Source: Azolla caroliniana (Eukaryota > Plantae > Polypodiophyta). Taken from it: 64,000 nt of DNA. Below, in pieces: positions 49,596 through 64,000 of this stretch; within the stretch, counting starts at the first letter, position 1; each line of letters begins with the position of its first letter. Below the pieces are notes generated by a model. The model was not told the DNA's origin, ran no database searches, and worked only from the letters and a program-made list of their open reading frames with translations. The stretch spans positions 1,488,001-1,552,000 of the forward strand of contig JBHGNT010000003.1 of NCBI GenBank assembly GCA_043228905.1. Reading direction: 5' to 3'. A program made the position numbers and the translations under genes.

Positions 49596-51474
49596 TATGA
49601 AATCAGGTTCCATGGCCATGTTTGCTACTTTGAAGCCAGATAATATACCCCTCGATTCATCAAGCTTGGGCCACTATAACTCAGCACCTGATACCATAAT
49701 TTCAAACTGGTTAGATGAAAGCTCTTCGTGTGAAGTTTCTCAACTTGCTGAACTCCTAGTCCATCGGCGTGATCTAAATGGTACTGTTCTACCACTTAAT
49801 GAACTTAGAGAAAGACCTATTGGGATTGAACAGGTCTATTCTGTTCAGATTGACCATCCAAGCACAACAGATTACATAGAACCCATCAGCCAATATACAC
49901 TTCCACCAATCCATGAACATAAAGGGGATGAAGAGCCACTTATAAGGCGATCAGATGAAGAGTCTTTCCTAAGAAGCACCTCAGACACATTGAGATTACC
50001 CAATGTCAATCTTACTAAACATAGTAGTTTGCCCTCAGAATTCTTGTCGAGCTTAGCTAGGGAAGAATTGAATCAGAGGTCACCCTGTATCAGTCAAAAT
50101 AGCCTTAATGATTCTTTGCAAGAAATATCTGTAATGAGATCGGAGAGTGAGCTCAGTCATAACGAACTGCTAAGACAAAATAGTTATTCTACTGGACTTT
50201 TGGTTCAATTCTCCTCTGTTGGTATTGGAGAGACGTCGATACCAGGGAAATTATCTGCTAATGATGTCATTGGCGGGAGAAATCTCGGGAATGTCAGTGA
50301 TGATAGACTAGATTTTTACTCAGAAATGCTGAACAATTCCTTGAGAAAAAGAGGAAGGGAAGCTGAATGCCAGATGTTTGAAGTTCAGCCTAGAGAATAT
50401 TCCTCGGTAAAATATTTTGTTCATGAGAAATGCTTTTAAACTTTCTTCTCTGATGATTAATTTCAACTCTTTGTTTTTTGTGTATACATATAGCATAAGG
50501 GGCATGGCCATATTGAAAGCAATCAATTTTCTATTCCAAGAACCATAATCACTGGAAATATGGAAATGGATGTTGTCGTCTGTAAATCTCGTGCAAAGAG
50601 AGGTTTTGCTACAGATCCCCGAAGCATTGCCGAACGAGTGAGTGAGAGATCATGCACATAACAGTTAACTTGTGTAGTACTGGTTTCATATTGATCAATC
50701 TTTGTTATTATCTTCAAGATAGCGATACTAATCTTTGTAAACCCTCTTTTTGTAGGTCAGAAGAACTAAGATTAGCGATGGCATGAAAAAGCTACATGAC
50801 CTTTTACCGACTACAGACAAGGTGAGTGTATTTAAGCATTTTTTGAAGCTTTCCTTCATTTCACTTTTCTATTCTCATGCTCTATGGGAGATGATGTCTA
50901 CTATGTCACCATGTCATGATGTGAAATACCTGCATGGTAAATAATGCTCTGTGGTGTCAATGTAGCAAGCGCATACTGCAGATATGCTTGATGAAGTTGT
51001 TGAATATGTGAAGCAACTGCAGCGCCAAGTTCAGGTATGTCTTCATCATGTTGTTTATATGGATCAATACCAAAGATACCTAGCTTTGTGGGTAATTTAT
51101 CACATCCCTCTTTCAGTTTCAGAAACTACCAAAGGTTATCCTTGTAATTTTCTAAAGCCTATGGGTATTTTGGTAAAGAAAAGGTGTTTTCCTCTTGTTC
51201 CATAAATAAAGTTATGTTCTAGGAGTAACAGAAAATTAAAAGACTTTATCCTTATCTTGTGGAGAAGCTACCAAGATGCTTTTGCATTTGTCACTATATC
51301 ATAGGCTTATAAATTGTTTTCTCAGATTATTGGAGTCTAGCCTAATTTCTCAATATATAATTTGTCCTGTGGCTCTAACTGCTTCCTGGCTTTATATAGG
51401 AGCTTTCAGAGAACTATGAATGCTGTGCCAAGTGTAAGAGAAAGGAAGAAGATATCACATCATGTGTAATATAG
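49579..51474 (+). CDS. bHLH transcription factor, subfamily IX (FBH/AKS-like); exons 49579-50406, 50494-50637, 50756-50821, 50966-51034, 51400-51474 (393 aa)
   Basis: [67 protein letters not shown]..CCAKC, with the three introns typical of this bHLH domain. The start codon is uncertain. Confidence 0.88.
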
Positions 51475-53941
51475 CAAAACACTAGACACTTCAGTTTTTG
51501 ACAGTAGTAGAAGTCTTTTCTCTGTTGTAAACAAACACATGACATTTCTTATATATGAGAGCATTTCTTCTAGAGCCCAATAAACAATCTTAGAATCCGG
51601 AATAAAACGTTGTATATTATGTCTCAGAGGAATCTTACAAACCTGAATTAGAACATTGTATTAATAGTTGATAAGAAAATGAAGAGTTTGTATAATGTTG
51701 CCTCAAATTGATTTTGCTTGATCGCATGCTTTTAAGGTTTTTTGGTTCTGGAGCAATTCATGTATCAAGGGATTTGTCGTGCATAATATGCAATATTGTA
51801 ACCAGGTGTGAATGTGTAATTTACAGTCTGCCAACATAAATTGTGTTTGGAATTATGGGTTGGAGAGCAATGAATTTTCATAGTATTTCTTTGGTTTGAT
51901 TTAAGTTGGCATCAAAGCGCCAAGCACCCATGTTAGTAGAATCACTGAGAATTGGCACAATTGGATGGATAGGAGTTAATTAGCTGCTTGAGTAATTTCC
52001 ATTCTTATTCACTAGAACTTCCGTGTAAATCTTGCCTTGGCATGCTGTTCTATATTTTACTGCATCTAGTCTACTTTAGAATCATTGTAGTGATAATTTC
52101 ATGGTTATTGTTCTTTTTAAGATGTTTCAGGTATTAGCGCATGAACGAATAATATTTTTGTTCAGTTTTGAGCTTTCATTAAATTATGTTACATATAATT
52201 GCAAAAGGGAGAAGCTAGTAGTATTTGTAATAACATTGCAAGAAACATTGGATTCATTCAGTGCGAATCTTGCCTCTCTCAATCTCACTCACTTACATTT
52301 GTTTTACTGCATGCATTGTCACTCCTTGTTTTGTATTGTCTTCATTGTACAAACACTTACAATAAATTGCACTCCTACATTCTATGATGTATCATTTGCA
52401 TTTCAGAATTAGGCGCACCACAGAAGATGTGCAACAATTTCATGTGTTTTAATTAGAGTGCACAAATTCCATATTAGCATTCTGTTACACTCCTACAAAC
52501 TGTAGTCATTGCTATAAAAAGCAATTAACATGGTTTGGGGTCATGTAAGGATAATGACATATAGAGCTTTTCTTTCTTTTTCTGTTGAGTTTTACAGCCT
52601 GGTGGCAAGTTGTCTTTTATTAACTAACACCTTGATATGGGTTCAAATTCCGCCTATTTACCACACCACATGAACAATGTACATTTACAAAAGTTGGCAT
52701 TCTAGGGTCTTCAGCGCACAATCTTCGCAACCTAGACTATACATCTTATTTCTATCTTATCTATACACAATATACATTAACAAACAGACCAAGGTATGTT
52801 GTAGTTCAATGATATTGAAGTTTATCAATATTAAAATCACATTTTTTATTTAATGGTCACTTCTGAGAAATTAGTACAATATAAATGATCAAATAAAAAA
52901 CTTCCAACAATAGAACGGTAATATGGAACACTACTCTAGTGATTTGGTATATGATGTTCTATTTAAACATTAGCAGTTTAAAATGTTGAGTAGAAAGTGA
53001 ACTTTTACAGATCTTACAGGCTCTTTTGCCAAAAGGTTTTATGCTTGATTAAATTTACTTGAGGAGCTGACATTTGAAACAACAAAATAATGTGTGAAAT
53101 GCGCTTAGGATAATTCTGGCAAATTCCTGTTTCTTCAAACATCATAACATGCCTTAGTGTTTCAGGACAAAATTACCAGTGACCACGTCAATTACAGAAA
53201 ATTGAGCCTGATGAGAATATAACGCATGTGGGATCTCTGAGTATTGGCAAAAGATTTCCTTTTAGATTTCACATTTACAATAAGAAACATTGTTTCTTTG
53301 TCTCTTGACAATAAGGAATTACATGGATGTACTCTATGGGCTCTTTTACCAATCTACTCATGCATCAGTCACCATCTCTCACCTTTTTCAACAACTTTGT
53401 TGCAACTCGACGTATTGTTTTGTTCAGCTTGAATCCTACGACCACCCCTAGACCAAAACTTATCATTGCAATCTTTGTGCATGTCCAACCAGTGACCATA
53501 TATCTTGTCATTTGCACCTGCATGACAATTCCATTCAGAAAATAAATATCATCCTATAACATGAAACTGTAGGTTTTGTGATGTCTTATCTACAAGGATT
53601 TGATAATTCCGTTTCCACAATTATGGTGCAAGAATGGTTGTTACCTACACTTGGCAAGCTTCCGACTTCCAAAAAGACATAAAATATAAGGTGAAATCTT
53701 CAGATATGGTCTTGAAATTCTCAGATACCACAAACCCTCGTGGTGAAGAAGCATTTTCATGATTACACATCTATAACATTGAATGTGAGAACGCAATGAT
53801 GATTTGCTTGGAGTGTCTACAACCTTATGGTATTATTTGCTTCATATCTATAAAGTATTTATTTTTACATAACCCGTTTTCAAAATATATGAATTTCCGA
53901 AATGAAACCTCAAGCCTATGCAGCTGCAAAACCACAAAACG

Positions 53942-54104
53942 TCTCTTGCAACACTGAAGTCAATTGACAATGAAACAGAAGGTACCGCTCTCAGTCTCAA
54001 TGTGCCCACCCTAATTGGTCATCAACTTCTCTTGCAACACTGAAGTCAATTGACAATAAAACTGAAGGTACCGCTCTCAGTCTCAATGTGCCCACCCTAA
54101 TTGG
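53942..54104 (+). repeat. Near-perfect direct repeat, 77 bp x 2 (53942-54018, 54028-54104)
   Basis: Read directly; two substitutions. Confidence 0.92.
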
Positions 54105-54530
54105 CACATAAGACCGAAAAAAGAAACGGTGGGTTGTAAAAGTCCAAACTCATGAGGTTAAGGAAACGAAAATATATAATTCACAAGACTAATTGGCATC
54201 CCTCTGTCCACTTTGGAAGCTGAATTCAACCATTCAACTATGAGAAGCTTGCTTGTTTATTCCTGATCAATTTTCACTTCTTTTTTTTCTTTATTTGCTT
54301 CATTTTCTATAGAGATTTAAGTCGTGCAAAAGGAATTTGCCCAAGTAAACTACAGAACGAGGGGCAACCAAGACCATGAATGTTCGCCTACCATTTCCTG
54401 CCTTTCTGCGTTTCCCATTTAATGTAATATACATGACTCCCGCCAACTGGGTTCTTCTTTCCCATGATAAAATAACCATTACAGCATGTAGGAGTATATT
54501 TATCATCTACAGAAGTCTAGATATTAAATA

Positions 54531-54892
54531 GGGAAAAGTACCACGATACCCCTGGAAGTTTGTGTATTTACCAAAATGCCCCTAGAAGTTCCAAATTTAC
54601 CAAACTACCCCTATGTCCCTAGAATGCCCCTAGAATGCACCTAGGATACCCCTGGAATTTTGTGTATTTACCAAAATGCCCCTAGAAGTAATTATACACT
54701 CAAATATTTGGTAAATAGGGCTAGTTCGGATCCATTTCTTCCATCTTTGGTAAATAGGGCTTGTAGATTTGAGTGTATAATTACTTTATAAAGTGTAATT
54801 TTTTGGACATTGGGGTAGTTTGGTAAATTTGGAACTTCCATGGGCATTCTGGTAAATAGACGAACTTCCAGGGGTATCTTGGTACTTTTCCC
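54531..54892. mobile_element. Mutator-like MITE
   Basis: About 80-bp TIRs starting GGGAAAAGTACCA; perfect 9-bp TSD TATTAAATA (54522-54530 and 54893-54901). Confidence 0.93.
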
Positions 54893-56382
54893 TATTAAAT
54901 AAACATTAGTATTTAGGAAGTGAAGCACAAACTGAAATTATTTTTGTAATATAGTGCTTAGGTACATCTTCTAATGAATCCGGGGAGATCACCATGATAA
55001 TTACTGTATTCGCATTGAAGAGACGTGATAACGTATTTGAATCATTGTATAATATCCTAATTAAATGCTCAGCGACCAGCAACTACAACAAAGTGGCCAC
55101 GCATGCCTATCAAATGACGACGTAGATGCGATTCATTTGTGATGTCCACAGGTGGCCTTCAGTACATACTGGAGATTATTGATCTCTTAATATGTCGTAA
55201 CTTTCCTATGAACATAGGAGCTGATCAATACTAAGCTCGGCTGGATCTTATTGTGTTGTTATACACACAGAAACAATATCAATAGGCTTGTGTCTAGGAG
55301 CTAAATGACTTAAACTCGCTAGAAATATCATCCACCTCTTCTAGTCACTAACCTATGGATATGCTTTTAATACTCTATTACATCAATGAGTCAGGATCGT
55401 TTTCTTATGCACATAGACATGATTTATGATATGAGGATGGAACATCTTGATTGCATTATGATAGTCCCATCATATTATCAGTAGGTTCTCTTTGAGGAAC
55501 TGTCTGAAGTGAAATAAACTTCCTAGATGCTCAAAACTCTTCTTCAATGCATATCTACTCACTCTCATGTCCATATACGGGACTATCTACCATTATAATA
55601 ATCACAACACAAGAGATGTATCCAATCTATAAAAGAAATCTGCCACTAGTGTTTGGTAATAGGAGATTGATCTAATGAAAAAGTTGGATTGCCTTACGAT
55701 ATTATTTTAATTGTTTGATTTGAAGGCAATGACTAAGCCCATAGATATATGCTCCATACCCCGAGCTAGTTAAGGTACGATATTCTTAACTTCTAGCTAT
55801 CTGAAATCATGTATTTATGCAATGCATTATTAAAGCCAAAATGAAAACCAGAAAACAATAAGCGTGAATGTTGGGTTATTTGAATCAGCATTCACAGCTT
55901 AAAACAGGAAGCCCTAGAATTTTCTGTTTATTCCAAGAGAAAGGACAAAGCCCAATTTTTTCCTTTTATTAAAAGAGATGAGGAAAACCCCAATAATATC
56001 TTTAAAACAAAACCTAAACACGGCGCAGCACATGACATTCAAGAATAAATAAACAAATTATCTCAGTGAATGAAAAGCAGGATGTTTAAGCTTTGAAACG
56101 AAACGAAACGAAAACAAAAGAAAAAGCTAAAGAAATTTTGAGAGCATGGACATACCTGAGAAGCAGAGACAAGAGGAGCAGAACTCCCCATGGAAACAAG
56201 AAGAAGAAGAAGAAGAAACAGCAGAGGAGGAAATACTCTGTTTTTTTCACAAAGCTTAGATTAAACAAAAGGGAAAAAAACTAAATTTCCACAAATATGG
56301 TCTGCATATTTTAGTGAATTACCAAAAATAGTCTACTTAGTTAATCTCCAAGACATCCCATGACCCAAAGCTCAATCTCAGG

Positions 56383-56615
56383 TAACTCAATCGAGTCTCC
56401 GGACCTCTGTCCAAACTCTCGAAGACTTGAATCGATGAATGTCCAAATTTTGATAACTCGAATCGTTGAGTGTCTGAATTTGAAGGCTCGAATTGATTTG
56501 TGTCTATTGGAAGACTCGAATCGATGAATGTCCGAATTTGATAACTCGAATCATTGAGTGTCTGAATTGGAAGACTCCAATTGATCTGTGTCTGAACTCG
56601 AAGACCCAAATCAGT
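56383..56615 (+). repeat. Minisatellite of about 30 bp units (ACTCGAATCGATGAATGTCCGAATTTGATA and variants), 7-8 copies
   Basis: Read directly. Confidence 0.85.
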
Positions 56616-57559
56616 GTTTGTCCTGTCAAGAATTGGCATCATATTGTCCCGACAATGGTGCGGTTTCATAAAGGGTGATCATCCAAACACCCTGATTGGC
56701 CTATGTGGTTGTCACTTGACTGAGATGTCTCGGTTCCTAGTCAAGACTTGTCTCTATGCTTATCCTATAAAAAAATTGTATTCAACATAATGAAGAACTA
56801 TATTAGTTGAAAAATGTTGCTGATCCAAACATTTGAATTGCCCTATGTGACTGTCACCTAACTTTGTAGACAGACTAAAAGGGTTTGGTTCAAAGTCAAG
56901 ACTTGATATAATGCCCGTCTTCTTGTCTTGCCAAAAACTGGCTTTGAACCAACCAAAGAGCAACATCACTTCAAAAAGGGTGCTCATCGAAACACCAATA
57001 ATTGTCGTAAATGTAGCAGTCACCCAAATAAGTAGACAACATTAGGAGTATCTATGAATGATATGGCAACTTTCTATCCATTTGTAAGGAACGAATCATT
57101 GTGCACACTTGAGACGCATTATAATATTGTCATTCATAGGTGTGTCATTATATTGTTGGCCATCTAGGGGTTTGTTGATACATATATCAAAGATGTAGAT
57201 AAGTAAAACTACATGATAAATATGCAAAAAAAGGAAAACAAAGGGACAAATTTGAGATTATGAATTTTGACATTAATGTAAGGCTCATTCAAGAGTGTAA
57301 GGGTAATGAAAGTCACAACATGTGATTGATGCAAATATCTCTCCTCCATCACCCCCACTTATATAAACACCATTTAAGAGAGAGATAGATAGATATAGAT
57401 AGGAATACAATTTTTAACATCCACAATCAATGAGAAAGGAAAAAGAAAGAGAGAATGTGACATTAAGGTTTTGCATTTGGCAAATCATATCCCTAGTATT
57501 CTCTCTATCGTCTAGTATTAATTGATTAAGTGCTATTTAAGCACATGTTATTATGGGCC

Positions 57560-59560
57560 ATCTTCTCAAGTGTCACACCACCTTTCCTTGAAGTAAGTTG
57601 CACTTAAGACCAAATCAACTAACCTACATGCCAAGCACCATCAGGATGGGCAACTTGATGTTGATTCTGAATTGACTCTCACGACACCCTTGCAGAAAGT
57701 ACAATCAATCGCAAAACACTCCACATAATGGGCGTTGTCCATTACACTTGGCGACCATGATGAAGTGCTTTTATTGTAACATAATAGCATAATGGATGTT
57801 CATAGAAAAAAAAGAATCTATATCCACCACTGACAACTGACCTCCCACATGCTCTTATGTGTGACGTGTCGACCAAGTCCCCATCTCTAATAATGCTAGA
57901 AGCACCTATCTAACCACCAAACAACTTTCAATTGTCATCTCTAGCCTCGTAGAGGCCACATTGATTTTCCACCCTTGAATTGGCTCTTACTTTTTACCAA
58001 TTAGTACCTTTCAATGAAGAGAGCATGGCCCATGGGCACTACACCATGAAGTATGTTTGACCAAAACATAGTTTTGTTATCACCCAAGTTTTCTCCCTTT
58101 CCCCACTATAACAACATCCATTCACCGAATCTTGCTCAAGATTTAAATGCATAGAGAATCAACCCCTTTATATTAGCAAGTGGGGTGCAACAACAATTGC
58201 GCATTATTGATTTCTTCCATAGATCTATATCTCCATTGACAACATGTCAAGGAGTTGCCACAAAAGTGAGCAGAGGATTAGACCAATCAAAATTGAGGCC
58301 ACCTACATTGCTACTATGAACATGGAATTCTAGTTGCATTCTACGAGAACAAACAAATGTGGTAACCTAGAAGGTGTGGGGATAACAAGATGTTGTTGGA
58401 CACATAACCATGACTTACATGAAGAGTGTAATGTGAGTATGCCTATGAGATTGTGCGTAGTGGATTGAGTCAAGTGCAACACGTAAGAGAATGTAAACAT
58501 GTCATCCACTCCATCCTAAGAAAATATAACAATTTCCAAAAACGTTTAGCAATTAACAAGAGCACAACCCATCTTCTAATAACCTAACTATGCTCACATT
58601 TTGAGCATACAACATTTGAGGGATACCAACCTTTGATTTATTACAAGATAATTACATTACATATTTTTCTATGTGAAGTTTAATAGGCGATGTGTTTGTG
58701 GCTTCCTAGAAGCGTTTGGGAAAAGAAGCGTTTACCATGTCTTAGTTGATGTCAACCTCGTAAACATGATCATTAAAGATATCCTTGACCTTAAGTCTGG
58801 CTATGATGGATGTGAGTGATCAATTTCTTGTCTTATGAAGTTCATTTTTATTTCAACACGAATGAGACCTTGACCATGGTCATGATGGATCAATAATCTT
58901 TTGACTTTCTGATCTTGTTCAACTTTGGTTAATCTCACAAGTCGCAATCATGAGCTTCGCCTTCACCTTACTTTCATCCTGGCCATGGGCAAGACCATGA
59001 CCAAGATGGATATGAGTTGAAAGATTCATGATTTTCTTGTCTTGTTGAGCTGAGTTGACATCAACACCATATCCATGTCCATGACCTTCACCTTGACCAT
59101 GACCATAGCCATGGCCATGATGTATATTACTTGAAAGATTTATGAGTTTATTGGTGGAATAATCAAGTTTATTTTATGCTAATATCATGAACATGACCAC
59201 CAATGTTGAGTTCAATAACAAGTCATATCATCGATAATCACTTGAATCACAACCAAATTTCTTGGTGGTATTCTCAAGTTCATTTTATGTGAGTACCATG
59301 ACTATCATGGTAACCTTGACCTTGATGATGGGCATAGCCATGAATCATGATGGATACTATTTGGTGGCCTTCTCAAGATCAAGTGATGGCCTTGGACTTG
59401 ACCATGGCTGTGATGATGCATTTGAGAATCAAGGATCAATGCATCTCAAATACCCTGACCCTAATCTTGGTTTTAAAATGTCCATAGGCCTTAAATGTTC
59501 TAGTCAATATCTGTGGGTGTCAATACAATGGCAATGACCTTGCCCTGCACCACAGCCATG
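57560..59560 (-). mobile_element. Very decayed Copia-like relic (gag tail to integrase)
   Basis: Minus-strand fragments in Copia order: HGHGYGHGQG repeats (decayed RGRG), YVLHL..HNL, VSGGYRFFFSM, DNAHY..FCKGV. Many stops. Confidence 0.45.
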
Positions 59561-60464
59561 ATGGATATGCAAACAAGCAAGGTGCTTAATAATTCATGCA
59601 CTTTCAGCACATCCTCATCACCATCCTTGATAGTGTTTATAGGGAAATGGGGGGTTTCTGTAGTCTGGACATCTTCACTTCATCTAGCCTGATATTCACT
59701 TCCAATCTCAACTTCATCACAGAACCAAACTCTTGAAACCAGCACTTCGACAAGGTCTTGCAAGGGACACTGACAATATCAGGCCTCTCAACCACGTAGT
59801 TATTGTTGCGCTTCATCGAAAAACTTATAGCTGACACAACCATCCATTCACTTGTTTTTAATATTTAAAACTACAACAAATTGTTGAAGTTCCCTAATTA
59901 CCTCCCTGTGATATGGAGATGACTTGATCTTTTGTCTCAAATTATAGACCGATAAAACTTCATTTCTCAGAAATGCTGCAGTATCTCAGTTGGACAACCT
60001 TACCAGCCGAACAATATCCAGATTCTGGGCTCTCTCTATCTTGCTAATATGTCATCTTTCAAATATCAAACATCAGCATATTGTGAGCATATTTATATGT
60101 ATGTCTACGCAACTGAATAAAATTAACTCAAATGAAGCCAGATTTCCCATTTCACTTTGCAAGATGGGCATATGTAAGATGCCACGAAAAAGGAAAAATA
60201 TCACACAAATCAACAAAAAATTCTGGGAATCTACTAATAATTTATGAATTACAAATGCCAGAGTTAAATCAATAAAGATGGAAGGAATCAAGTATAAAAG
60301 GAATGCTTCTACACGATATCATCTGAAATAAGGTCTAGATGCAAATGTGACATCCAGATAACAATTTCACAAGATCTTACCTTTCTGTTATGATAACTAT
60401 GTTAAGATTTACCACCATTTTTCCAAAGGTATATACATTGTAAATTGGCAGAATAAAATTTGAA

Positions 60465-63465
<3,001 letters not shown>

Positions 63466-64000
63466 CTATGAAGTAGATATCAGATATCAGACTTTATGAA
63501 TGCATTAGTAGTCATCGATGCCATATTCTTCTCAAACACAAATTCACAAGAATTTTAGATATTTTGCCATGTGCCAAAGAGATCACTCTGCCTCGTGGTT
63601 AGTTAGCCTAATTGGCCATGAGTAAATCAAAAAATTAATAAAGATGACATTCAAACATCAGTTCATATATCTAAATCACGAATTTACACTCAGAACGCCC
63701 ATAAATCCTTCTCAATTATTTTCAGATGACCAAGATCAGAACCAGCAATACATAACCATGATAGGGAAAAATTAAATCAAGGATAAACAAACTAGAAAAG
63801 AAAAATGGCATAGCTAGATGCAATGGAAGTGTCCACTTCCCCTCATTTATGACCTGGTCTAGATTACCTACAAAAGCTCACAATGTTAGATCCTAATCTG
63901 CAATGTCTGGGGACAAAAGTAAAGAGGAAAAATAAATGATCGATCTTAAAGTTCAATCCACAGTTTCCAGGGGCAAAAAACGTTGTTACGCCCTAATCCA

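Overview
Plant nuclear genomic DNA: spliceosomal GT-AG introns, many microsatellites and MITEs, heavily decayed retroelements. A fern or other non-seed plant is my guess (inference only). Left to right: (1) a three-level nest at 1-6.6 kb, where a Ty3/Gypsy LTR element (tRNA-Trp PBS, gag-protease joined to pol by a candidate -1 frameshift) sits in the integrase of a Ty1/Copia element (tRNA-Met PBS), which sits at the start of a LINE endonuclease; (2) a tandemly duplicated CYP85-clan (CYP716-like) P450 locus at 6.8-21.4 kb with one intact gene, one pseudogene carrying three lesions, and relics of a further copy; (3) ATG6/Beclin-1, 10 exons; (4) a SEC24 COPII gene, about 25 exons; (5) a subfamily IX (FBH/AKS-like) bHLH gene with a candidate intron-spanning uORF; (6) intergenic MITEs and TE relics; (7) the 3' part of a group III calcium-dependent protein kinase on the minus strand with a degenerate second EF-hand. 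Exon boundaries were read by eye and checked for frame; no database searches were run.
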